A stretch of DNA of 59,998 nt from an uncultured Candidatus Saccharibacteria bacterium (GCA_964361705.1 CAYIBP010000004.1:1-59998), one strand, 5' to 3'. Positions 16,019 through 25,899 are shown, counted from the first letter of the stretch. Numbers and translations: made by a program. Notes: generated from the letters alone by a model not told the origin.

Positions 16019-17638
16019 ATGTCCAAAAAAGCAAAAATATTTTTACAATCGTTCATAACCCTAGCGTTGTTTGCCGTAGCCGTGCAGGTGATGGCTACAT
16101 GGCAAGCTCCTTCTACTTCCGCGCCAGCAGGTAACCCAGAACCTCCGATAAATGTAGGAAGCACTGCTCAAACAAAATCCGGTTCTTTGGCGGTGAACGG
16201 ACTTAGAGTTTTCACGGGTTCGATTTTTGATGGAACAGTTCAAATCAAAACAGGCACTCCAGCAGAGGGTAAGGTTCTGACTTCAGATGCAACTGGTTTG
16301 GTAAGATGGGAGGATCCTGCAACAGGAAGCACTAATAACTATTGGACAAAAAGAGGCAAGAATATTTGGTATGGGACAACAAGTGAAGGCAAGGTAGGCG
16401 TCGGTACAGGAGACAAAGATCCAGATGCAAAACTTCATGTTCAAGGAAATTTTAAAGTAGAAGATTACAGTCAGGGTGTAATAGAGACAGGAATGGTACT
16501 AACCGCTATGAATGACAAAGGTCTTGCCAAGTGGGCAAAGTTGCCAGTGGGTGGAGGAGGGGGAGAGCCAGGATCACAGACACCATGGACGCAGGATGTG
16601 AATGCCAATGGTTTTAAATTGTATGGCAATGGCACTCTTGTTTTGGATTCAAGCCAAAATGGTACGAATGGGGTTATTTTATTAAACACAACTAGAGGAG
16701 GGGTTATAATAGGAGGTTCTAATTATGGATATACTGGTCGCGCTTTGCATGTGGCGCAAGATATAAACGGAACGATGTTAGGACAAGGAAAAGCTCAGCT
16801 TTTTTTGTCCGGTAGTACTCAAAATGCAGATGGTCTTTTGCTTGGATATCAAAGTACTGCAGGGTTTACTTTTCTTCAATCAACAACCAATCAAAATTTG
16901 GCTTTACAACATTTAGGCGGTAATGTGGGTATAGGGACTTCTACTCCCACTAGTAAGCTTACCGTCGCTGGTATGATAGAAACAACAAAAGACGGTATAA
17001 AGTTTCCAGACGATACAGTACAGACAACAGCTTCTACGACTCCTCGAATAGCGCGTTATAGTGTTGGTCAATATGGTTTCAATAATGCATTATATACTTT
17101 CACAGTGCCTGATTATATTACAAAGGTATGGATTACAATGTCTGGTGGAGGTGGAGGTGGAGGATGCTCTAATGCTTCTGAGCGTTATGGTGGCGGAGGT
17201 GGTGGCGCGCACGCAATACTTGCTCAACAAATAAATGTAACACCAGGAGAAAATGTAAATGTTCAGGTTGGAGGTTTCGGTATTGGAGGCATTTCGGGTG
17301 GTGGTTGCAATGGAACAGCTGGAGGCGATTCAAAGTTTGGAACTTTGATAGTTCAAGGAGGCGGTGGAGGTGAAAGATATCTAGGGAGTGGACATGGCGC
17401 GGCTGGACAGAAAGGTGGTATGGGTGGTACTGATGGTATGAGTGCTCATGATCTTTTTGGTACAGGTTTTTATAGTGAAACACCTATACAAGTACCAAAA
17501 GGAGGTAGTAGTATTTTTGGCAATGCCAATCATTATGTAGCTAATAGTGGTACAGGTTATGGTAGTGGTGGTAATGGTGCTGGTCCTGCTGCCGATGGTG
17601 GTGATGGCGCTCCGGGCTTTGTGCTTGTGGAATGGTAA
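16019..17638 (+). CDS. Tail-fibre-like surface protein with glycine-rich C-terminal domain
   Basis: Signal peptide, W.AP...P.GN..PPINVG..Q.K.G motif, VG(V/I)GT and GKVLTSDATG modules, and a GGGGGGG...GFVLVEW tip. Confidence 0.7.
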   Translation: MSKKAKIFLQSFITLALFAVAVQVMATWQAPSTSAPAGNPEPPINVGSTAQTKSGSLAVNGLRVFTGSIFDGTVQIKTGTPAEGKVLTSDATGLVRWEDPATGSTNNYWTKRGKNIWYGTTSEGKVGVGTGDKDPDAKLHVQGNFKVEDYSQGVIETGMVLTAMNDKGLAKWAKLPVGGGGGEPGSQTPWTQDVNANGFKLYGNGTLVLDSSQNGTNGVILLNTTRGGVIIGGSNYGYTGRALHVAQDINGTMLGQGKAQLFLSGSTQNADGLLLGYQSTAGFTFLQSTTNQNLALQHLGGNVGIGTSTPTSKLTVAGMIETTKDGIKFPDDTVQTTASTTPRIARYSVGQYGFNNALYTFTVPDYITKVWITMSGGGGGGGCSNASERYGGGGGGAHAILAQQINVTPGENVNVQVGGFGIGGISGGGCNGTAGGDSKFGTLIVQGGGGGERYLGSGHGAAGQKGGMGGTDGMSAHDLFGTGFYSETPIQVPKGGSSIFGNANHYVANSGTGYGSGGNGAGPAADGGDGAPGFVLVEW

Positions 17639-17663
17639 AAATTTAAAAAATAAAAAATAACTT

Positions 17664-17700
17664 AGCACAAAAAATCCGCCCTTGGCGGATTTTTTGTGCT
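17664..17700 (+). terminator. Intrinsic terminator
   Basis: Perfect 17-bp stem AGCACAAAAAATCCGCC-CTT-GGCGGATTTTTTGTGCT. Confidence 0.85.
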
Positions 17701-17763
17701 TACTTGCTTTTTTTTCTTAAAGTTGTAGAAATAGGGTATTAGTAAATTAACTTTTCGTATTTT

Positions 17764-19257
17764 ATGGATAAAAAAGTAAAAATAATTTTACAATCGGTTT
17801 CTGTTTTGATTTTGGGTGCTATGTTTTTCGGAATTGCTCTTGATCTACAAGCGCAAGGCGGTCCGGTATTATGGACGGCTGACAACAATGCAGATGGTTT
17901 TACATTGTTTGGTGATAATGTTTCAGGTGGCAATCTGATTTTGGATTCAACATCGGTCGGAACAAAAGGGAATATTATTTTAAATCCTACTAATGGAAAT
18001 GTAGGTATCGGCACAAATACACCAACGGTGAAGTTAGAAGTTGCAGGGAGAATCAAAATTACCGGTGGTAGTCCTGGCGCAGGTAAGGTGTTGACTTCTG
18101 ACGCGACTGGTCTTGCGAATTGGCAACCAAGACAATGGAATCCCATAGGTCAAACACAAGATATTTATAGGACTAATGGAAATATCGGTATAGGTACTGG
18201 TACTCCCACTGCCAAACTTGATTTAGTTGGTCAAATAAAAATTTCTGGTGGAAATCCCGGAGTAGGTAAAGTTTTGACTTCAGATGTAAATGGTCTAGCT
18301 TCTTGGGTCACTCCGCAAGCAAGTTCTAGCCAGTGGGTTACTTCTGGTACAAATATTTATTATAATAATGGTAATGTCGGTATTGGCACTACAGCTCCAG
18401 TTACTAAACTGCATCTAGGAGGCGATGGTTCTATTTTTGCAAATGGCAATGTGGGTTCAGGTTTTATCTTGGGTGGTGGCGGAGAAGCAGGCACGATGAT
18501 GCTCTGGTATGCGAGAAAGGCCTCTTTTCGATCTGGTATAGGTCGCTGGTCTGATTCTACGATAGGTAAATATTCTTTTGCTACTGGTTTTTTGACTACA
18601 GCAAACGGTGAAAGATCTGTAGCTATGGGTGATAATACCAACGCAAACAGTCATGTATCAGTTGCTTTAGGTAGGTACAATGTCGGTGGTGGAGCATCTG
18701 ATGTTTGGAATTCTGCGGATCCTCTCTTAGAGGTTGGCATAGGGGTTGATTCTGATAACAAAGCAAACGCTCTCACTATTTTAAAGAACGGCAATGTAGG
18801 TATAGGCACAGCGACTCCGGTTTATAGTTTGGAACTTACTACTGATTCAGCTGCAAAACCAAATGGTGGTTCTTGGTCTAGTACTTCGGACTCTCGTCTG
18901 AAAAAAGATGTGGCTACATACACAGGCGCACTAGAAAAATTGACACAGCTTCGTGGCGTAAATTTCAAATGGATCAATCCTGAAAATCATGGCGATGAAT
19001 CCGACACACAAGGCGGTTTCATCGCGCAGGAAGTTGCAAAAGTTTTCCCTGAATGGGTAAAAGAAGTAAACGCCAAAGGCTCAGACGCAACGCTTGTCGG
19101 TTCTGGTGAAAAAGTAAAAAGTATCAGCCTTCCATTTGAGTTTGATGCGGTTGTCGTAGAAGCTATTAAGGAACAACAAGAGATGATAAAGATTCAACAG
19201 GAAAAAATAGACGAACTTACAAAAAGATTGGAAGTGTTGGAGAGTATAACAAAATAG
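17764..19257 (+). CDS. Trimeric fibre/adhesin with YadA-head-like repeats and C-terminal intramolecular chaperone (peptidase S74)
   Basis: NVGIGT repeats; S.A.G..T.A.G..S.A.G repeats; TSDSRLKK...L.GV.F.W...GFIAQEV S74 signature followed by a coiled coil. Confidence 0.85.
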   Translation: MDKKVKIILQSVSVLILGAMFFGIALDLQAQGGPVLWTADNNADGFTLFGDNVSGGNLILDSTSVGTKGNIILNPTNGNVGIGTNTPTVKLEVAGRIKITGGSPGAGKVLTSDATGLANWQPRQWNPIGQTQDIYRTNGNIGIGTGTPTAKLDLVGQIKISGGNPGVGKVLTSDVNGLASWVTPQASSSQWVTSGTNIYYNNGNVGIGTTAPVTKLHLGGDGSIFANGNVGSGFILGGGGEAGTMMLWYARKASFRSGIGRWSDSTIGKYSFATGFLTTANGERSVAMGDNTNANSHVSVALGRYNVGGGASDVWNSADPLLEVGIGVDSDNKANALTILKNGNVGIGTATPVYSLELTTDSAAKPNGGSWSSTSDSRLKKDVATYTGALEKLTQLRGVNFKWINPENHGDESDTQGGFIAQEVAKVFPEWVKEVNAKGSDATLVGSGEKVKSISLPFEFDAVVVEAIKEQQEMIKIQQEKIDELTKRLEVLESITK

Positions 19258-19270
19258 ATATATAAAAAAA

Positions 19271-19310
19271 CTAAAAAAATCGCTCCTGTATCGAGGAGCG
19301 ATTTTTTTAG
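19271..19310 (+). terminator. Intrinsic terminator
   Basis: Perfect 17-bp stem CTAAAAAAATCGCTCCT-6nt-AGGAGCGATTTTTTTAG. Confidence 0.85.
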
Positions 19311-19324
19311 TGTATAATATCTAG

Positions 19325-21082
19325 ATGCAGATAGATGAGGGTCAGTTAAAAAAAGTTCTATTGTATTCAAAACTCATATCTCGAGAAGATCTGGAGACTC
19401 TGTCAGAAAAAGCGAAAAGTAAAAACCAAAAACTTGGCAATTTGCTGTTGTCTGAAGGCAAGATATCTGAGGTGGATCTCGCGCGTATGGAGGCATTTGT
19501 TTTAGGCATACCCTTTATAAATCTGGCAGACAAAAAGATAGAACCGGCGGTATTATCTTTGATTCCCGAGCCTATAGCTCGCAATCACAATATTATCGCT
19601 TATGAAAAAAGTAAACTTGGGCTTGAAGTTGCGATGCTTGATGTAGACGATCTCCCTATAATTGATTTTATAAAGAAAGGTTCTGGCACAAAAATATTGC
19701 CTCGTCTCACAGATAGTGTTTCCATAAAGTATGCCTTGACTCAATATAGGAAAAGTTTACAGGCGGATTTTGATAATATAATTAAAAAAGAAGCAGCCAC
19801 TTTAAAAGCATCTACAAATAAAGAAAGCAAAGAAACAGAAAAAACTGAAGAAGAATTGAAAGCGATGGCAGAGGATTTGCCTGTGATCAAAATAGTTGAT
19901 TCGCTTATTTCCCATGCCATATTGCAGAATGCTTCAGATATTCATGTAGAGCCCAGCGCAGAGAATCTCATAGTGAGGTATCGCATAGATGGCATACTGC
20001 ATGACGCCATGATTCTTGATAAAAGTATTGCGCCGGGAATCACTACACGCATAAAAGTTTTGTCCAATCTAAAACTTGATGAAAAAAGACTTCCGCAAGA
20101 TGGCAGATTTAAAATAGAGCAAAATGGTGAAAAAGTTTCTTTTCGCGTATCCACTTTGCCGACTTTTTACGGAGAAAAAACAGTGATCAGAGTTCTTAAA
20201 GAAGATTCGCACGGTTTTTCTTTGGAGACACTTGGTTTTCATGGGGAGGGGCTAGAAAGAATTCATGATTCACTAAAGCAAAAGATAGGTATGATACTTG
20301 CCACTGGCCCCACGGGTTCTGGCAAGACCACGACTCTTTACACGATGCTTGATATTTTGAACAAGCCAGAGGTAAACATTTCTACCGTTGAAGATCCGAT
20401 CGAATATCAGATGCAGAGGGTAAATCAAACTCAAGTGAAATCAGAAATAGGACTTACTTTTGCAAACGGACTTCGTTCTCTTCTTCGTCAAGACCCAGAT
20501 ATTATAATGGTAGGAGAGGTTCGCGATGGAGAAACTGCTAGCCTTGCCATAAATGCCGCTCTAACGGGTCATCTTGTACTTTCTACTATTCATACGAATT
20601 CTGCGGCAGGGGCAATACCAAGATTGATGGACATGGGAGTTATGCCTTTTTTGATGATTTCAACTTTAAAAACAATTATCGCGCAAAGACTTGTACGCCA
20701 GCTTGTTGAAAATAAAGAAAAATACACCCTATCTAAAGACGAAATAAAGAACCTTGGAAAGCTAGTGGATCTCGATAGAATGCTTACAATTTTGAAAAAT
20801 GAAAAAATTGTGGAGGAGTCTATTACTTGGGATAAAATTTCATTTTACAAGCCAGTCAAAAGTTCTGAATATCCAGATGGATATTCAAATCGCATAGGTA
20901 TTCATGAAGTTTTGAAAGTGACTTCTTCAATAAAAGAAATGATTATTCGAGGGAGTTCGCAAGACGAGATCGAAGTTCAAGCCAAGAAAGAGGGGATGAT
21001 GACCATACTTGAAGATGGAGTGTTTCAGGCTGTTTTAGGGCATACTTCTTTAGAAGAAGTGCTCCGTGTTGTGTCGGAATAG
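19325..21082 (+). CDS. pilB: Type IV pilus assembly ATPase (PilB/GspE family)
   Basis: ASDIHVEP, RLPQDGR, Walker A GPTGSGKT, LRQDPDIIMVGEVRD and TGHLVLSTIHTN. Confidence 0.93.
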   Translation: MQIDEGQLKKVLLYSKLISREDLETLSEKAKSKNQKLGNLLLSEGKISEVDLARMEAFVLGIPFINLADKKIEPAVLSLIPEPIARNHNIIAYEKSKLGLEVAMLDVDDLPIIDFIKKGSGTKILPRLTDSVSIKYALTQYRKSLQADFDNIIKKEAATLKASTNKESKETEKTEEELKAMAEDLPVIKIVDSLISHAILQNASDIHVEPSAENLIVRYRIDGILHDAMILDKSIAPGITTRIKVLSNLKLDEKRLPQDGRFKIEQNGEKVSFRVSTLPTFYGEKTVIRVLKEDSHGFSLETLGFHGEGLERIHDSLKQKIGMILATGPTGSGKTTTLYTMLDILNKPEVNISTVEDPIEYQMQRVNQTQVKSEIGLTFANGLRSLLRQDPDIIMVGEVRDGETASLAINAALTGHLVLSTIHTNSAAGAIPRLMDMGVMPFLMISTLKTIIAQRLVRQLVENKEKYTLSKDEIKNLGKLVDLDRMLTILKNEKIVEESITWDKISFYKPVKSSEYPDGYSNRIGIHEVLKVTSSIKEMIIRGSSQDEIEVQAKKEGMMTILEDGVFQAVLGHTSLEEVLRVVSE

Positions 21083-21113
21083 CATTTTTGTGTGAAATAT
21101 TTACAAACTGACA

Positions 21114-22331
21114 ATGCTTTTTTCTTATAAAGCAAAATTAAAAAATGGAGAAATTCTTGAAGGGACGATGGAGGCGATCGATCGTTTTGCTCTTGCCCAC
21201 GAACTCAAGGCAAAGGGTAGCATGCCTATTTCTATAAAGGAAAAGAATAACCGATCTTTTGATCTTACTTCTATTTTTGGCGATATGTTTGGCAAGATAA
21301 ATATTGAAGAACAAATTCTTTTCACAAAGAATTTGAGCGGAATGCTAAAGGCAGGGCTTTCACTCGATCGCGCGCTTTCCGTGTTAAAAAAACAAACCAA
21401 GAATCAAGCATTTATAAAAATCTTGACCTCACTTTCTGACGAGATAAACTCTGGTGGCAATCTTTCCGCAGGACTTGCTAAATTCCCAAAAGTTTTCTCG
21501 AAACTTTTCGTATCCATGACCAAGGCAGGTGAAGAATCGGGTAATATAGTCGTGTCACTTTCAGAAATCGGGGTGAATTTGGAAAAAGCTCATTCTTTAA
21601 ATAAGAAAGTAAAAAGCGCGCTCATTTATCCTGGGGTTATTTTTTGCGCCATGATCATAATAGGTGTTCTGATGTTTGCTTTTGTTGTGCCGACCTTGGC
21701 GGGCACATTCAAGGAACTCGGAGTTGTATTACCTACTTCCACAAGAGCCATCATTGCTCTCGGTACATTTTTTTCTGAACACTTATTACTGTCTTTTGTG
21801 ATCATTATTTCATCTGGGGTTGGAGTTTTTTCTTTAGTCCGAGCTCCTTTTATGAAAAAATATGTGGATTTTATTATACTTCGCCTGCCTGTCTTGGGCA
21901 CTATCGCGAAAGAATTAAACACTGCGCGCACTGCGCGTACACTCGCGTCACTTTTATCTTCAGGTGTGTCTATAGGCAGAGCGATAGAGATAGCCGAAGA
22001 TGTGGTACAAAATACTTATTACAAAGATACTCTAAATAAGGAAAAAGTTGCCATAGAAAAAGGAGAATCTTTTACTAAAATTTTCTCAGAAAATTTAAAT
22101 CTTTATCCTGTGATGATGGTGGAAATGATAGAGGTAGGAGAGGAGACAGGCAAGCTTTCTGAAATGCTATCTGAGGTCGCTCTTTTCTATGAGGGAGAGA
22201 TAGAAAACAAAACCAAAAATCTTTCCGTAATCATCGAACCCGTATTGATGATTTTCATAGGTGGAGCCGTCGGTTTTTTCGCCATATCCATGATTTCGCC
22301 ACTTTATTCAATATTAGGTAGTATTAGCTAG
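21114..22331 (+). CDS. pilC: Type IV pilus platform protein (PilC/GspF family)
   Basis: Two GspF domains (AGEESG..., VGEETGKL) and EPVLMIFIGGAVGFFAISMISPLY. Confidence 0.93.
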   Translation: MLFSYKAKLKNGEILEGTMEAIDRFALAHELKAKGSMPISIKEKNNRSFDLTSIFGDMFGKINIEEQILFTKNLSGMLKAGLSLDRALSVLKKQTKNQAFIKILTSLSDEINSGGNLSAGLAKFPKVFSKLFVSMTKAGEESGNIVVSLSEIGVNLEKAHSLNKKVKSALIYPGVIFCAMIIIGVLMFAFVVPTLAGTFKELGVVLPTSTRAIIALGTFFSEHLLLSFVIIISSGVGVFSLVRAPFMKKYVDFIILRLPVLGTIAKELNTARTARTLASLLSSGVSIGRAIEIAEDVVQNTYYKDTLNKEKVAIEKGESFTKIFSENLNLYPVMMVEMIEVGEETGKLSEMLSEVALFYEGEIENKTKNLSVIIEPVLMIFIGGAVGFFAISMISPLYSILGSIS

Positions 22332-22334
22332 AAT

Positions 22335-22805
22335 ATGACATATCTTTTTTATCAAAAAGGAATAACAATGTTGGAAACCTTAGTAGTCGTGGCTATCATC
22401 GGTATTTTGGTAATGATCGTGTCTCCTGGATTTTCAGATATAAGAGAAACTCAAGTTCTAAAAAATACGTTAGAGGATATTACTTCATCTTTGCACAGCG
22501 CTCAATCTCAAAGTCTTGCTTCAGTGGATTCTTCAGAATACGGGGTACATTTCAAATCGGATCAGGTTATTATTTTTAAAGGCAAGATTTTTGCAGAAGG
22601 GGCTATAGACAATAAAGTTATAAATGTAGTTTATCCAGCTAGTATTTCAAATGTTACATTGGGTGGAGTTAGCGCATCTTCTGGGAATCTATATTTTGAA
22701 CGACTCTCTGGCGCTCCCAGCAAGATTGGCACAATAACTGTTCTTACCCCTTCTTCTACAAAGATTATTACAATCTCCGCTACTGGCGCAACAAGTGTGA
22801 ATTAA
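22335..22805 (+). CDS. Minor pilin (FimU/GspH-like)
   Basis: Class III signal peptide KG|ITMLE with E5 and a hydrophobic helix. Confidence 0.85.
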   Translation: MTYLFYQKGITMLETLVVVAIIGILVMIVSPGFSDIRETQVLKNTLEDITSSLHSAQSQSLASVDSSEYGVHFKSDQVIIFKGKIFAEGAIDNKVINVVYPASISNVTLGGVSASSGNLYFERLSGAPSKIGTITVLTPSSTKIITISATGATSVN

Positions 22806-22840
22806 ATTTGCTCATTATTTAATATAATTTTATTAATCAG

Positions 22841-23323
22841 GTGAAAAGAAATATAAAAATTAAAACAAGAGGATTTATGATGGTCGAAGTTCTAGTATCT
22901 TTGTCTATTATTGTGGTTTCGATTCTAGCAGCGATGTCTGTCACAGAAAAATCCATGGCTGTGTCTCGCCAAGCTCTGCATACTGCCCAATCCTCTTTTC
23001 TTTTAGATGAGGGGGCTGAAGCGGTACGTATACTTCGAGATGGTTCGTGGAATAATATTTCAAATCTATCTGTTGGGACTCCTTACTATCTTGTATTTGC
23101 AAATGGTAATTGGTCTTTGTCCGCTACGCCTTCTACTGTGGGGAATTTTACGCGCACAATCATCATGTCCAGCGTTAATCGTGATGCTAATTCCTCAGAT
23201 ATCGTTGTTTCTGGAGTAAATGACCCACTAACGAGACTAGTAACGGTAAATGTATCTTGGAATGAAAGCGGACAAATCAAAAACAAGACTTTACCATTTT
23301 ATATAATGGATATTTTCTCATGA
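22841..23323 (+). CDS. Minor pilin (PilV-like)
   Basis: RG|FMMVE prepilin motif; TRLVTVNVSW C-terminal strand. Confidence 0.85.
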   Translation: MKRNIKIKTRGFMMVEVLVSLSIIVVSILAAMSVTEKSMAVSRQALHTAQSSFLLDEGAEAVRILRDGSWNNISNLSVGTPYYLVFANGNWSLSATPSTVGNFTRTIIMSSVNRDANSSDIVVSGVNDPLTRLVTVNVSWNESGQIKNKTLPFYIMDIFS

Positions 23324-23826
23324 TAAAAGGCAAAAAAAATATTAATAATGGCTATGCGCTAATGGAAACCCTTTTTTACATCGCTCTATTTTCGATTCTA
23401 TCTATTCTTATTATTAATTCAATGATTGTAATGATGGGGTCCTTTAAAGAAACGGCTATCCAAGCTGAATTAAGACAAGGTGCGGATATTTTAAAAAAAA
23501 TGACTCAAGAAATCAGAAGCGCGCATCGTATAGATGAGATAAGTACGAATGCTTTAAAGATTGGGACCTTAGATGAAGATAATAATGAAAGAGATGTGGA
23601 TTTTTTGCTCTCTGGCACTGATGTAAGGTTTCTGGAAAGTGATGACTTTATAGCGAATCTAAATTCTCAGAATTTGGAGGTAACAAACTTGTCTTTTACA
23701 GAGATTAACACCACGAATAGCGTAGCGATCAAAATATCTGTCTCTGTAAGATCCAAACGAGATAAGCAAAATCGAGTTGTAGATTTTTATGACACGGTCG
23801 TCCTTCGCGGGTCTTATTGGTATTAA
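23320..23826 (+). CDS. Minor pilin (PilW-like)
   Basis: NG|YALME prepilin motif; overlaps the upstream stop (ATGA). Confidence 0.82.
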   Translation: MIKGKKNINNGYALMETLFYIALFSILSILIINSMIVMMGSFKETAIQAELRQGADILKKMTQEIRSAHRIDEISTNALKIGTLDEDNNERDVDFLLSGTDVRFLESDDFIANLNSQNLEVTNLSFTEINTTNSVAIKISVSVRSKRDKQNRVVDFYDTVVLRGSYWY

Positions 23827-23846
23827 GTTTAATTTATAAATAACAA

Positions 23847-25112
23847 ATGAAAATATATAAAAAAAGAAAAATAAACAATCAGTCTGGCGCGGCAATGCTG
23901 ATATCTATAGTTTTTTTCCTCTTTATTTCCTTGGCTATTATTTCTGGTCTTGTATCTCCAGTAGTTCGTGGGTTTAAAGATACCAGTGACTTAACAAAAT
24001 CCCATCAGAGCTTTTTTCTTTCGGAGTCAGCGATTGAAGATTCATATTTTCGCTTGAAAACAGGAAAGAACATTGGAACCACGAATACGATCACCTTGAG
24101 TGGTAGTTCTGCTACAGCCACGATAACGGATTCGGGTTACAATGAAAAAATTATTTCTTCCTTGGGTGATGTTTCTTCTAGACAGAGAAGAAATGAAATT
24201 TTATTAAACACTGGAAGCGGAGTTTCTTTTAATTATGGCATTCAAGCTGGTCTGGGAGGTTTTGAGATTGGTGGTAATGCAGTGGTTAATGGCAATGTCT
24301 ATTCCAATGGTCCAATTGATGGTTCAAATGGAGCTACTATCACAGGCTCTGCTTTTTCGGCTGGTGCCTCTGGTTTTATCAATAATATTATTATTGGCAC
24401 TCTAGGTCAGGGAGATGCCAGAGCGCATTATATAGAGGATTCTACTGTCGCAGGCAATCTGTACTGTCAAATTGGTGATGACAACAACAAGGATTGTGAC
24501 ACATCGCAACCAGATCCTGAAGAAGCCGCAATGCCTATCACACAAGAAATGATAGACGGATGGAAAGCAGATGCTCTGTTGGGTGAGGTTATCAATGGTA
24601 ATTTGACTATTTCTTCACCAGGAACTTTAGGTCCTAAAAAGATTACTGGTGATCTAGCTATCAATGCTGATTTAGTCATTACTGGAACGATCCATGTTGT
24701 TGGTAATATAACAACAAAAAATGGAGCGAAGATTTCTTTAGACGAATCGTATGGTTCGACAGGTGGCATTATTGTTACTGACGGACGAGTCACCCTGTCC
24801 AACAATGTGCAGTTTTATGGTACCGGAGAGCCTAATAGTTATGTGTTGCTTGTGTCCACTAGCGCTTGTCCTTCAAATTGTTCAGGTTCAAATGCTATAG
24901 AAATTTTAAATAATGTTGGCGCTATCCTTGTAAATGCTCAAAATGGCACAGTACATTTGAATAATAATGTAGAGCTGAGTGAGGTTGTAGGCAAGATGGT
25001 TGATATAGATAATGGCGCAAATATTACTTATACATCTGGTCTTGCAAATACCTTGTTTACGTCTGGTCCAACTGGTGGGTGGGAGATCACTTCTTGGAAA
25101 GAGGTTAAGTAA
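23847..25112 (+). CDS. PilX/GspK-like minor pilin with large C-terminal beta-rich domain
   Basis: SG|AAMLI motif lacking E5, which is typical of PilX/GspK; G/N-rich beta-helix-like repeats; ends GWEITSWKEVK. Confidence 0.75.
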   Translation: MKIYKKRKINNQSGAAMLISIVFFLFISLAIISGLVSPVVRGFKDTSDLTKSHQSFFLSESAIEDSYFRLKTGKNIGTTNTITLSGSSATATITDSGYNEKIISSLGDVSSRQRRNEILLNTGSGVSFNYGIQAGLGGFEIGGNAVVNGNVYSNGPIDGSNGATITGSAFSAGASGFINNIIIGTLGQGDARAHYIEDSTVAGNLYCQIGDDNNKDCDTSQPDPEEAAMPITQEMIDGWKADALLGEVINGNLTISSPGTLGPKKITGDLAINADLVITGTIHVVGNITTKNGAKISLDESYGSTGGIIVTDGRVTLSNNVQFYGTGEPNSYVLLVSTSACPSNCSGSNAIEILNNVGAILVNAQNGTVHLNNNVELSEVVGKMVDIDNGANITYTSGLANTLFTSGPTGGWEITSWKEVK

Positions 25113-25140
25113 CTTTGAATTACGTGATACAATTCTCTGT

Positions 25141-25899
25141 ATGAAAAAAATTGTCGTTGGTAATTGGAAAATGAACCCATCTTCTTTAAAAGAGGCAGAA
25201 AATCTGTTTGAAAAAATAGTTAAACTGATGCCGAGATTGAAGAATACTGAAGTGGTAGTTTGTCCGCCGGTGCTTTTTATAGAAGAGCTCGAAGAGATTT
25301 CTAAAAAAATCAAAATTGGCGCGCAAAATGTTTCTTCTGAAAAAGAAGGGTCTTATACCGGTGAAGTTTCCGCTAAAATGCTGAAAAACATGAGAGTAAA
25401 GCATGTGATAGTTGGGCACTCCGAAAGAAGAAAGATAGGAGAAACTGATATTGATGTAAATAGAAAGATAAAAGCCACGCTTAGTTCTTCACTTGTCCCA
25501 GTGCTTTGTATAGGGGAAGAAGTACGAGATGAAGATAACAAATATTTTGATTTTATAAAAACACAATTAAGAGATTCACTAGAAAACATATCAAAATCAG
25601 ATATTACTAAAATCATTGTAGCTTACGAGCCTGTATGGGCTATAGGTACTGGCGCTTCTGCTGCGACAGCGACGGAATTTTTTGAAATGGGAATTTTTAT
25701 AAAGAAAGTATTGAGCGATAAGTTTGGTCTAAAAGTTGTATCCAAAATACGCATAATATACGGAGGTTCGGTAGATGAAAAGAATGCGGAAGAATTTATA
25801 AAAATTGGCAAAGCAGACGGTTTTCTTATTGGTCGCGCGAGTTTAAATGCGGAAAAGTTTTCTAAAATCATAAAAACATGCGAAGTATCAAACAGGTAA
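25141..25899 (+). CDS. tpiA: Triosephosphate isomerase
   Basis: VVGNWKMN, GHSERR, AYEPVWAIGTG and YGGSV. Start set at MKKIVVG. Confidence 0.97.
   Translation: MKKIVVGNWKMNPSSLKEAENLFEKIVKLMPRLKNTEVVVCPPVLFIEELEEISKKIKIGAQNVSSEKEGSYTGEVSAKMLKNMRVKHVIVGHSERRKIGETDIDVNRKIKATLSSSLVPVLCIGEEVRDEDNKYFDFIKTQLRDSLENISKSDITKIIVAYEPVWAIGTGASAATATEFFEMGIFIKKVLSDKFGLKVVSKIRIIYGGSVDEKNAEEFIKIGKADGFLIGRASLNAEKFSKIIKTCEVSNR

Noticed and set aside
17140-17600. GGN-rich repetitive DNA as a nucleotide-level repeat or DGR target
   Set aside because: It is explained by glycine codons; I saw no template/variable repeat pair with adenine-specific mismatches and no reverse transcriptase.
14667-19257. Prophage, suggested by tail-fibre and S74 domains
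   Set aside because: No integrase, terminase, capsid or portal genes; the proteins have signal peptides and host-type terminators.
25112-25124. 13-bp match (ACTTTGAATTACG) to the IS982 IR upstream of tpiA
   Set aside because: Short, AT-rich, unpaired and without target duplication; it lies in a promoter spacer and chance cannot be excluded.
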